A stretch of DNA of 63,968 nt, filler included, from Craspedostauros australis (lineage: Eukaryota), in the NCBI GenBank assembly GCA_030167865.1. It is 11 parts of 11 records of this genome, joined end to end, with 100 filler letters (N's around TTAATTAATTAA, not from the genome) between each part and the next. Parts side by side here need not be neighbours in the genome. Positions count along the whole stretch, not along the records: positions 1 to 10,194 come from JALAGF010005094.1; positions 10,295 to 38,763 come from JALAGF010005096.1; 9 more parts are not named here. One strand, given 5' to 3'. A program made the position numbers and the translations under genes. Every line of letters starts with the position of its first letter. The stretch's first letter is position 1. The notes beneath the pieces are model-generated. The model ran no database searches. It was given only the letters and a program-made list of their open reading frames with translations, and had not been told where the DNA came from. Shown here in pieces: positions 1-10,415 of the stretch.

Positions 1-1860
1 CCCTCCCTGATGTACATCATCCATTGGGCCTGAACTATATTGCGTCCGAGCAAAGCGCATGCGAGTATGATACGACTAGGACAAACAGACAGGGAACCTT
101 CACAACCTGGAACCTTCACATGTCATCATCTGTCATTCTTCTTGATCCGCTGTTCTCGTCTGTACCAGGACAGGACTTTGTCGCGGTCTGATTTCCACAA
201 GCGCACACTATGTGTTTTGGCACGCAACACGCAACACACAACATGTAACCACCACAACTCATTCGGTAAAACAACACTCTTGGAGTAGAGCAGCGGAAAA
301 TACATCAACATCTTGATCGCTTCAACGCAATAACGCAAGCGATGAATCGGTATCTGGGTTTGCACCTTCCCAATGCAAAAGGAGAGAGAAAAAGCCTCAC
401 CAACTACTGGGGCGGAAGGGTCTTCAGTGATCGTCGCCTCCGTGATGCAAACACAATCAGGTCACAGAAGCTCGGACAGAACGAGAGTTGAATGCGCTTT
501 GCAGGATCAAACACGTTTCCGAATTCTGGCTGGGGCCTGCGTGGGTGGGAATGCGGTTTGGTCTTTAAATATGTATCCTGGAGTAGAGTATCGCTTCTTG
601 TTTACGACTTGATATCCCTATTGAGTTTTGTTTCATGGTGTTCTTCGTACAAGTGTCATCAAAGCAAGTCGTGGGGCCAGGGAGGGCCAATTCTTCTTCC
701 CGGAGAAGACCTTCCGAACAAGGAAGGTTTCGGCCTCTCAGAGGGTGGTCCAAAGCAGTAAAGACACATCCAAACACAAAGCGGAGACCACACTGCGTGC
801 AAACAACACGGTGCTTTCGATACGCCAAAATTGGAGCATGTGCACTCCACATGTGCACCTCCCTCGGCTAATCTCATGTCTCTCCTTCCACACTACCAAC
901 TGCTGTGTTATGCAACCAATACGGTTGAGCAATTGCCATTGCCACCTCTCCGTGGTTTCTTCTTGCGTCGACACAAAATTCCACCAAGTTAACACACATG
1001 TGTGGCTCAGCGTGTCGCCGATAGTTCCTGGCTAAATGACTGTTGAGAGGAAATGTGCGATCGACGGGTTGTCATACTGTACTACTATCACATGCGACAG
1101 TCCGAACCTCAGGAGTTGTCTCTTGAGTGTCACAACGACGACACGCAGTCTTGAGAAAGGAATCAACACGCGGATGTGTCGCAACTGTTCTCCAGAGGCA
1201 TCCGTTGGAGTTCGATGTCGATGGCCAGAACGGCAACACAAGAGCAACGGCACGCTGAGGTGCGCACCAATGTGAGCATCACTCATACGATTGCGCGACC
1301 GAACCACATCTTACAACCTGACAACAATTTTTGCATAGAAGGCTCAACATCCGATCACAATTGTATGGGGTTTGAATCCCCACTGTTTGCGATGGTGATG
1401 CCGCCACTTCATCAACCGCGGCTCCGACAGTCGTAATGTTGCACTGTCCCAAAGAGAATCATCCTGTATTGTTCCACATCAATCATGATCGCAAACTCCT
1501 TTCCACCAAGAAGAGCAGAGCGATCTCCAGAGAGTGGAAGCGGAAGCCTCGAGTTGGATCAGAGGACCCAAACTGTCCTCCGAATGCGGATAGATACGAG
1601 CAGAGAAAGGGAGAGACTGGTTTGTGTCACGTCAAAGCACCATGTTGTACAGTCCCGAGCAAGCTCCCTTGTTTCGGTTGCGTGATGAACCGCAACTTGG
1701 ATTGTTGCGAAAATGTGGCCTGGCACAGCGTCGTATCGTACTTGTACGTGGCACATGTCGCTGCGACACGAATACGTCGCAGTTCGTTGAGTGCGAAAAA
1801 AGCGTTCGAGCGGATGTGCCAACAACGTCGGTTTGAACCGACGAAACAGGAAACCTCATC

Positions 1861-2946
1861 ATGACGTTCTGCGATGTCTCCTCCACACCACACCAAAATT
1901 CAAACTGGTTGCCTCACAAAACAAATCCACAACAGCGAACCACCAAGGCCCAGAAGCGGTATCAGCAATACGCACTCCACCAATACCATACACTGATGAA
2001 GATGAGCACGACAACGGCGACGCAAACGAACAGAAACTGCACTCAACACGATGTCCGCATCTCCACGACGACATCCCGCAGCATCCGAAGTCCGTATCTG
2101 CGCTCGTTCGCGTCCTTTGCAAACCGCGGCGGTGCCAACTTGTGGATCGTCGCTGTGGCCGTCGTGATGAGCATCATCGGTGCCATGCTCACATCGAGCA
2201 CGGTCGAGTCCGCGCAACACGTCATACCGAATTCGATGTGCATTCCGGGTGGTGGATTCGCGGCCATGTTCCACGTGCTGGGACAGCTGACGCACGTGCC
2301 ACGCGACCAGCTGCTGCAGCAGACGAACGTGTGCCGATCGGCCGGGTGCCTGACATTGGCGGCAACCTTGCAGGGTTGGACAGGCGACGACATGGTGCGG
2401 GCGTCCATTTACATTCAGGAACGGGTATTCACAGGTGAATTCACCGTCTACGACTATCTGTCGCAGATGGTGAACTTCATCATGGAAGATATTGAGAAGA
2501 GCGACAATGACGACGACGATCTGCCCGAATGGGTGTCCAAGATGGCCATCTTGAGCACTTCCAGCGAAGAGTCGTCGCCCGAATACCTGCATCTCTTCGA
2601 AAGCAACACTACGTCGCCTGGCGTCCTGACGGAGTTGCTGCAGCGCCATGCTCCAACCTGGATATCGTCGGCGTGGACGAGCAAGGCGACCATTACGACG
2701 CCAAAGACCAGGCAGGAGCTGCGCGATCGGTTAATGCAAAGCGCATGGATTCCAGGCCTCACGGGTGGTGGATTGCATTACAAGAATCACGCGGATGGAT
2801 TCTTCTCGTTGGGATCCGCACCGCAGTGTTCGAGCGAAGTGCCTTACGCTTTTACGTGGCCGATGGTGCGGTATGCAGCCGACCATACCTTCAGTGAGGC
2901 GACAGCCTACGACCTGTTCGAAGCGGGCAAGAAATTCGGACTGTAG
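1861..2946 (+). CDS. Patatin-like phospholipase-domain protein with N-terminal hydrophobic anchor (true start may be a downstream Met)
   Basis: Patatin motifs in order: glycine loop IPGGGF, nucleophile elbow CRSAG (GxSxG-like), SAWIPG, and catalytic Asp motif ADGFF. Hydrophobic segment LWIVAVAVVMSIIGAML precedes the domain. Confidence 0.65.
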   Translation: MTFCDVSSTPHQNSNWLPHKTNPQQRTTKAQKRYQQYALHQYHTLMKMSTTTATQTNRNCTQHDVRISTTTSRSIRSPYLRSFASFANRGGANLWIVAVAVVMSIIGAMLTSSTVESAQHVIPNSMCIPGGGFAAMFHVLGQLTHVPRDQLLQQTNVCRSAGCLTLAATLQGWTGDDMVRASIYIQERVFTGEFTVYDYLSQMVNFIMEDIEKSDNDDDDLPEWVSKMAILSTSSEESSPEYLHLFESNTTSPGVLTELLQRHAPTWISSAWTSKATITTPKTRQELRDRLMQSAWIPGLTGGGLHYKNHADGFFSLGSAPQCSSEVPYAFTWPMVRYAADHTFSEATAYDLFEAGKKFGL

Positions 2947-3484
2947 CGTGGTGGAAAGCGTTGTACGATGGCTGCTTGTGCTGCGCAGGGAATGCCACGC
3001 TGGCATTGGCCCGAGCGCTATGGGATGAACGGGACCTTGGGAGGTGTATTGGTACCATAGGCGAACAGCTGAGGCTACTCTCCAAGGTGTACTCGAAACC
3101 TCTTCAAGAATAGAAGGATAGACACATGGAGTGGACAGATAGAACACTACTCTACTTTATTCGTCTGCTTGAATTCGTTGTCCATGATAGCTTCAGGGTT
3201 GATCTCTTGGATGGATGGATGGATGGTGCTAGTACGATCTATGATCGGAACCCCAGATTTGATCATCAACGCGGTACGGAGTTGTGGGAGATCTCGTCCG
3301 AATCTTGTTGCCGGTTGCGATTTGGACGTTCACCGCGAGCGACAGAATCACCACAAAAATGCGAAGAGAGCAACGAGAACGAGAACGAAACCCAAAGTGT
3401 TGACCCGCTATCGACCATTCCACTGCAGTCGTCACAATAGTCTCCAAGACGACCACAGGCAGCAGCGACAATACCGATAGCGGC

Positions 3485-4870
3485 ATGACGAAACGACGAC
3501 CGCTCAACATCGTGTTCATCCACCTCGATCTCGGGATCGGCGGAGCGGAGCAGCTGGTGTTGCAGCTCGCCACCGCCTCGCAGGAATGCAAGCACGATGT
3601 GACCATCGTCACAACCAGATGCGATCAGGACCATTGCTTCGACGCCGTCAAGCTTGCCTGCCGCGGCCGCCTCGCCGACAACGTTCGCATTTACGGCAAC
3701 TGGATTGCACCGACGATCGCGGGCAAGTTCACGGCACTGTGCAGCGCATTGCGCATGCTCTATTTGGGAGGCATGGTGTGTCGCAAACATGCGCATGCCG
3801 ATGTCATTGTGATTGACGTCCTGCCGACGCCCATACCGCTGCTGTTGCGATGGTTGCCGACGGCCGGGATTCTATTTTACTGCCATTTCCCCGACAAACT
3901 GCTGCTGCAAACGGCGGGCGGCAGCTCCGCCAAACAGTACTACCGGCGATGGCTGGATTCGATGGAGGAAGCCACCATGTCCATGGCCGATACGCTGGTT
4001 GTCAATTCGGAATTCACGCGGCAGGAAGTCACGAGAGTCTTTCCTTCCACGACGCTGAATCGAGAGATCCGCATCTTGTATCCGGCTTTCGACAGTACCA
4101 ACGCCACCAACGCCAACCACCAAGCCAAGTCGTCACCACAATCGCCCATCGTCTCGTTGAACCGCTTCGAACGCAAGAAGAACATCGGACTGTTGATCCG
4201 GGCCTACGCGCTGCTGAAAGAGCGCATGACAACGCGTCTGCCGAAGGTCATCATTGCCGGCGGGTACGATACCAGCAACGTGGAGAATGTGGAACACTAC
4301 GCCGAACTGCAGCACCTCGCGAAACAATTGAATGTCACAGAGATCGAATTCCGATTCGACATTTCGGATGCGATGCGATCGCAGCTGTTCCAAACGGCGC
4401 TGTGCGTGGTGTACACGCCCGACAAGGAGCACTTTGGCATCGTGCCGTTGGAGGCCATGTACGCGGGCACGCCGGTGTTGGCGGTCAATTCGGGCGGGCC
4501 GACCGAAACCGTCGTGGATTCGCGGACGGGGTTCTTGCGCGAACCGACGCCGCAAGCCTTTGCGGGGGCCTTGGAGATTCTGATCCGGGATCCGCAGCGT
4601 GCGACCGTCATGGGGAAGCAAGCCAGGATTCATGTCGAGAAGTCATTTGGTGCGGATCGGTTTCATGAACAGTGGGGTGAGTTGGTGCTGTCGACGCAGG
4701 AACGCAAGAGCAAGCGCAAGGTGATGCCATCGGGTGCGCTACTTGTCCCGTTGGTGGCTATGCTATTCCTCGTTGTGTCGATCATCTTTATCCTGTGGAT
4801 CATCACAGGATTCGTGCTGAGAAGCGTGGCTGAATACAGTTCCGGGCGTGTACTGGCACAAGAGCTGTGA
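3485..4870 (+). CDS. ALG2: Alpha-1,3/1,6-mannosyltransferase (GT4), N-glycan lipid-linked oligosaccharide synthesis
   Basis: Diagnostic motifs FIHLDLGIGGAEQL, FYCHFPDKLL, SLNRFERKKNI, AGGYD..N.ENVE and EHFGIVPLEAM; C-terminal transmembrane helix; intronless 461 aa. Confidence 0.96.
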   Translation: MTKRRPLNIVFIHLDLGIGGAEQLVLQLATASQECKHDVTIVTTRCDQDHCFDAVKLACRGRLADNVRIYGNWIAPTIAGKFTALCSALRMLYLGGMVCRKHAHADVIVIDVLPTPIPLLLRWLPTAGILFYCHFPDKLLLQTAGGSSAKQYYRRWLDSMEEATMSMADTLVVNSEFTRQEVTRVFPSTTLNREIRILYPAFDSTNATNANHQAKSSPQSPIVSLNRFERKKNIGLLIRAYALLKERMTTRLPKVIIAGGYDTSNVENVEHYAELQHLAKQLNVTEIEFRFDISDAMRSQLFQTALCVVYTPDKEHFGIVPLEAMYAGTPVLAVNSGGPTETVVDSRTGFLREPTPQAFAGALEILIRDPQRATVMGKQARIHVEKSFGADRFHEQWGELVLSTQERKSKRKVMPSGALLVPLVAMLFLVVSIIFILWIITGFVLRSVAEYSSGRVLAQEL

Positions 4871-5551
4871 AGCGTGGCGTTCACGGAAGTAGTACGATGG
4901 ACATTGCGAAGAGGAGACTTCTGTTCTCATTCAACATGCGACGACACTGTTCAGGAATAGACGGAGCAAGGTGACAGGCGGTGCTACCATGTGGAGAGGT
5001 CCTTGCAACAGGCTCACACTCTCTGGAGAAGCAACACGCGTGCTACTATGAGTGCTCTATGTAGACGTGGCATTTGACGAACACAGCTCGGAGTTGGAAA
5101 TGCGCTGCCCTCGCAACAGTTTCATCTTGCCCAAACATAGTATTCTATAATAGTACCCACGCTCTCCACGATCCAGATGAACGAACGTGACTTTGAATTA
5201 GAATGAGATGGTCTATATGATTAGTTCTGTACAGCAGAGTTGCGTATGAAGAGTTGTCCTTGTCCCCAGGCTTCTTGACGATGAACAGTGGTGATGCTCG
5301 GCATGGACCAGCGTATCTCGCATCCTCCGCGCCAATCCGTGACTCGCTTGCTTCCTTGTGGACGTCCGACATAGACGTCAGCAACGACTGTAACGGACCA
5401 TCCCGACTTGCTATCCATATTTACAAGCCGTCGCTTCCATGACGACGACCAAGAAAAGAAGAGAACGACCGTCCATGTTCACGATGGCAATCCCCGATGG
5501 AACCCGTCCATGGACACGTGCGTGTGTGCGTCGATACCGTCGTGCTCCCGT

Positions 5552-5950
5552 TCATCTCCTGCCCGCCGCAACGTGGATGGATTCTTGCTTCTGGTACTGG
5601 CGGATGCGATTGAATCCCTTGCCGCCCGCGTTGCGTTTCTTGTTGCCGTCCTGCCTCAAGGCCGCCAATGGCTGCGCCGTGGAACCAGGCCGCGCCAATC
5701 GGTAGCAGGGATACCCATGCTTGAAGCCGTTCTTGATCTTGACGAGGATGCCTTGCTCCGTGCCCTTCTTCAGCGTGTCCTTCACGGAACCCTTCGGGAT
5801 GACGCAGTTGCGCAGATGCGTTGCGATCCATTCCTCGATCTCGTTGACGGAGGGTTCCTTCAATGCCTGCATGGCCTTCACGATGTGCTGCAGCACGGGA
5901 TCGTTCTCCTTGTTCTCGTTNGCGGGGGTGGTCTGCTTGCGTCGCGGCAT
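5552..5950 (-). CDS. Small basic protein with a linker-histone H1/H5 (H15)-like winged-helix domain
   Basis: IVKAMQALKEPS-VNEIEEWI...VKDTLKKGTEQGILVKIK...YRL follows the H15 globular-domain pattern; basic N-terminus PRRK. Confidence 0.55.
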   Translation of the reverse strand: MPRRKQTTPXNENKENDPVLQHIVKAMQALKEPSVNEIEEWIATHLRNCVIPKGSVKDTLKKGTEQGILVKIKNGFKHGYPCYRLARPGSTAQPLAALRQDGNKKRNAGGKGFNRIRQYQKQESIHVAAGRR

Positions 5951-6421
5951 CTTGGTGCTTGTTTCTTCTTGTTCTGAGTGATGTCGTTGTGAATCTCACG
6001 ATGGAACGTCGTTCTTGGTCGCTTCTTTCGATTTTATGACAAGAAGATGAGGCATTCCCACACGCTTCCTTGTTTGCGTGGTGTCTGTGCGGAGCAATGT
6101 GTGGATACGTGTACGTGCGAGCATGGTTGCTTTCTCGATCCATCGTGGTGATTTCCAAAATAACGGTTGGTATCTTGTTCGCAGGACCGCGAAAACACAA
6201 CGACAACAAACATGTGGCAAACGAACTTCGAAGAACTAGGGACTAAACATTCATGAATCACGCACATTCGTTTCAACTTAGACTGCTATCTAGAGACCAG
6301 AACATGGACTCTGTTGCATCCATACGGGCGCTCCACTTTGCTCAAATCTATTATCCACACCATTGTACAACTACATCTACTGTACATGTGTCCAATACAA
6401 CCTACTATCCACGCCATCTCC

Positions 6422-9400
6422 TCAGAAGTGAAAGTGACGAGGACGGCTCGTCGATCGTCTCGTGGTCGAGTTGGGCTCNNNNNNNNNNNNNNNNNNNNNN
6501 NNNNNNNNNNNNNNNNNNNNNNNNNNNNNNNNNNNNTCATCGTGGGAGCCGCTGCGTTGGAGGACGATCGTCTTGTCCACGTACTTTATCATCGCACACA
6601 TCTTCTTCAGGTATCTTCCCATGTCCACCTCATGCGCGGCGCCCTTGCTTTTGCCGTTGTGCTTGCTCTTCAACCGCGCTGACGATCTGCGATCGCTGCC
6701 GACATGATCGCTCACGCTGGCGCGAAACTTGCGCATGCTGATGTTGTAAACGGACTTCATGCGCTTGTTGTTCTCACGTGAGGCGCACAGCGCTGCAATG
6801 TCTGGCGAGCACCGCAGCATGGGATCCAGCAGGTCGATCGAGATACTGAAGATGCTGTCCTTGTCGCGGAACGTCTGAATGAGGTCCAGCAGCACCTCGC
6901 CGCAGTCCAAGGTCGCCATGTGCGGGAGCAAATCGTCGTGGCTCGCCACCGTCAGGAGGGTCCGCAGGATGCAGTGGACGAGTTCCAGGTGCGGAAGACT
7001 GCGGTTGCACTTCCTGATCACTTCCAGCAGTATGGAAGTTGTGTTCGTGGTCACGAAAGATTGGCAGCACGGGTACGACAGTCTAGTGGTCGTCTCCAAC
7101 GTCATCACAGCTGCCATGATGTCCGACAGGCGATTCTTGTACTTCAGATCAAACAGAGCCTCCTGCGTCCGCACGCCAATCTTCAGCTGCGGATGAGCCT
7201 GGGCCTTGCGGTTGGCCTTATCGATTCGATGGACAATGTGCACGCACTTTCGCGAGCAGTGCTGACGCACGCGTCGGGCTCGCGCAATCGCCTGCACCCG
7301 CTTGATTCCACGGGCCACACGGCATGTGATCTTGCGATATAGAAAGGTGCTCACAGCTCGCTGGATGATGTAGGCCGCGTCGTGCTTCCGCATCTCGAAC
7401 TGGTACTCCCTGAATTGCCGCTGGATGATCGTCGCCTTGTGATGAAGGAAGAGCTCGTCGGCCAGTGTTTGCAGTCTCAAATCTTGAACCCTGCTTTTTG
7501 CTTGAATACGACGCACTGTTGCCTGGATCTTCATGGTCGCCAAGATATTCATCATGTACTCTGTTTCACACTTGTATCCTCTCCACACGCGCTGAATTTC
7601 GCGTGCTGCCAGGTTGTAGTAGACCGTCGACAGTCTGATCTGAAATCCTCTCGCATGACGTTGGATGCACGTGGCAGCCTGGCGCTTCATCAGCAGCCGT
7701 TTGCGAATGATGTATCCTCGACCCAAGCTCTGAATTGCAGTACATGCGCTCGCTCTGAAGTGCATCTCATTCCTCCACAACGCACCTCGTACCAACGCTT
7801 GGAGTTTGGTGATACCATCTTGCGCACGTTGCAGCCGAGTACGAACGATGTGAGCACGGACGTGAGACTGAAACTTGATGATCCCAATGACGCTCATGAT
7901 GTAATCAACGTGCGCAACGTAGCATCGCCACGTCTTCTGTATCGCTCGCGCACCGGCATGGCGTCGTGCAATCTGTCTTGCCTTGCGCCCTCTCCAGATC
8001 CGTTGGATGTCGGTGCTAGAGGCCTCTCGCATATTATCTTCCAATCTTTGCTGTTGTCGATGGTGCAGTTCACTTCGTGCGAAGCGCGTCCTGACGATGG
8101 ACTGGATTGCTGTTGCTGCTTCGTGCATGGCCCCAACTTGACGGCGGGCCAACCACGAGCGCACGACGCATTGTGCCATGATCACGTCCTCCGTCAACAT
8201 TCGAAAGCAATTGTGAATCAGGAATCCGCGGAACCGTGCTTGAATGATGCTTGCCGCAATGTCCATCTCGATGAGTTCCTCGCGGACCTGATGCCCACGG
8301 ATGAAGGACTGAATCGTCACGGCTGCGCTGTACTCGATCATGAAGATGTCCCTTTGCATCTTGAGGATGGTTAAATCTCGGTGTGCTCTCCAGGACCGCG
8401 CTGCACGCTGAATGCACGCGATGGCATTGGATTTCTGAACTGCATGGCATCGTGCAATGTAGCTTCTGGCGAATGATTGCATTCGAATGATCCTTGTGAC
8501 AGATTGGCCGTAGGTCTCAATCGCCTTTCTCGATCTCCATGCGCTCTGGATCGTGACAGCGGCATCATGTTCCAACATAGCAAGCTGATTACCGTACATC
8601 AGCATATCTTGAATTCGTTGTTGATGTACCACGTCCAAAGCAAAAGCCTGCAGCTTCAACACCGCCACCCGTCGGGTCTGCGCTTGCTGCCGTGAACACC
8701 GGAGTCGGGCGATGCTTTGAACCACGATGACATCCTTGATGGACTTGTGGAAGCTCTTGCTTGTGTGATATCGCCTCCAGACAGCTTGAATTCTGACGGA
8801 TGCCTTAGTCAATCCATCTCTCTTTGCTTTCTTCTGTTTCAGATCTTGCAATGCCACCCTCGATAATAGCAGCCGAGCAAAGCACTGGAGGCGCACAACC
8901 ATGTCCAATCTACGTTGGCATTCGTTGCGCTGTGTCCATCGACGGTAGATACTTTGGCAAAGGATGATCCGCCATCTGACGACCAAGTACTTGCGGGAGG
9001 CTCGATGGCATCGCCAGATCTTCTGAACATCGATCGCAGCCGCTTCTTTCATTCTGAGGACACAGCGAATCATTCGTCCACGCCAAATTGCTTGGATCGT
9101 GATGGAGGCAAGGTTGCGTCGCAGGAAGGTCTGATGAGCATGATGGCGTCGATAGGCGTTCTGGAGCATGGTTGCCGCAGCAGTACAACGGTCAACATGC
9201 CGGTGGTGTCGCCATGCCTGTTGAATCGAGGCGGCCGCCAAGTTGTAAGCGTGCCGCTTTGTGGTGACCAACGATCGAGCAAGGTGGAGTCGAACATGCG
9301 ACTGGATCATCAGAACAGCTTGTCGGCGCGTCGACGCCTCCCTGCGAGCTTTCCATCTTCGGAACGCACCCTGGCATGTGGTGGTGGCAAGCACATCCGC

Positions 9401-10194
9401 CTTGAATTCGGAAGCAGTGACACATCGTCTCCATGCAGCTTGGATCGTTGTTGCTGCAAAGACTGCCGACTCCAGCATGCGACGGTACTTGATGCATCTC
9501 CATGCAGCTTGGATGGTTGTCGCTGCGGCTCGATGATTCCTGAAAATCTTGGATTGAAAAAACCGCCGGAAGGCTGCCTGAATTAGTGTTGCCGCCGCTT
9601 GCGATCGTGACTTTTCATAGCTGTAGCATCGCCACCCTCTTTGGATCATCACCGCCGATGCGATATCCCTGAGGAAGTCTGCACGTGCATGAAACCTTCG
9701 GATCGAAGACTGTAGCACGGTTGCGGCATGTAGCGTCTCGGTAAACGTCTTGGAGGCAAGGAAGGCACGGAGGGATGCCTGGATTCGAACTGCTGCGAGG
9801 TTGGTCAGTTGTTGGTGGTGGAGTTGATTCAGCTGGTTCCGGGCAAGAGCAGATCGGAACGCACACTGTAATGTACTTACAGCAGCTCGCCGTTCCGATG
9901 CAATTCTGCGGGCCAGATATTGACGTGCGGCGCTCTGGATGGTGATGGCATCAAATCGCTTCAGATGTGCCGCAACTAGCCCTGAGAATCCGCGCCATGC
10001 AGCCTGGATCTTGATGGCTGCGTTGGTCCACCGCATGAATTCGAAATCTTGTTGTGCACGGTGTCCGCGCCAGATCCTTTGAATTGCTTTCGCGCATTCA
10101 ATCTTCATTTGAAAGGAGAGATTGTCCTGCCATCCGCGAAAGGTTGCTTGGATCAGCGTCGCAGCGTCGTACTCCAACACCGCCAGCCTCTCCA
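6422..10194 (-). CDS. ASPM: Abnormal spindle-like microcephaly-associated protein homologue, 3' portion (5' end cut by scaffold edge)
   Basis: Dozens of IQ motifs (IQxxxRGxxxR) over about 1000 aa, followed by the ASPM C-terminal ARM-like region containing TTRLS..CC and IRKCNRSLPH. Confidence 0.88.
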
Positions 10195-10238
10195 NNNNNN
10201 NNNNNNNNNNNNNNNNNNNNNNNNNNNNNNNNNNNNNN

Positions 10239-10250
10239 TTAATTAATTAA
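10239..10250. other. Artificial scaffold-joining spacer TTAATTAATTAA (also at 38808, 41183, 43983, 48516, 54327, 56000, 57393, 60671, 62499)
   Basis: Identical 12-mer with stops in all six frames, always embedded in N runs making a 100-bp spacer; ten occurrences. Confidence 0.97.
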
Positions 10251-10415
10251 NNNNNNNNNNNNNNNNNNNNNNNNNNNNNNNNNNNNNNNNNNNNTCCACG
10301 ATCGTAGGTTACCGTGAGCGGAACTTGCCAACACGTTTATAAACGATAGATCAGGGCGAGCCCGCGGATCGGATCATGCGAGGAAGACGAACATCATTTA
10401 AGAGCAGCAGACTGA

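Noticed and set aside
5145..5418. ASPLFIVKK (gypsy RT-like) and DVYVGRP motifs in short ORFs
   Set aside because: Isolated short matches with no further domain motifs.
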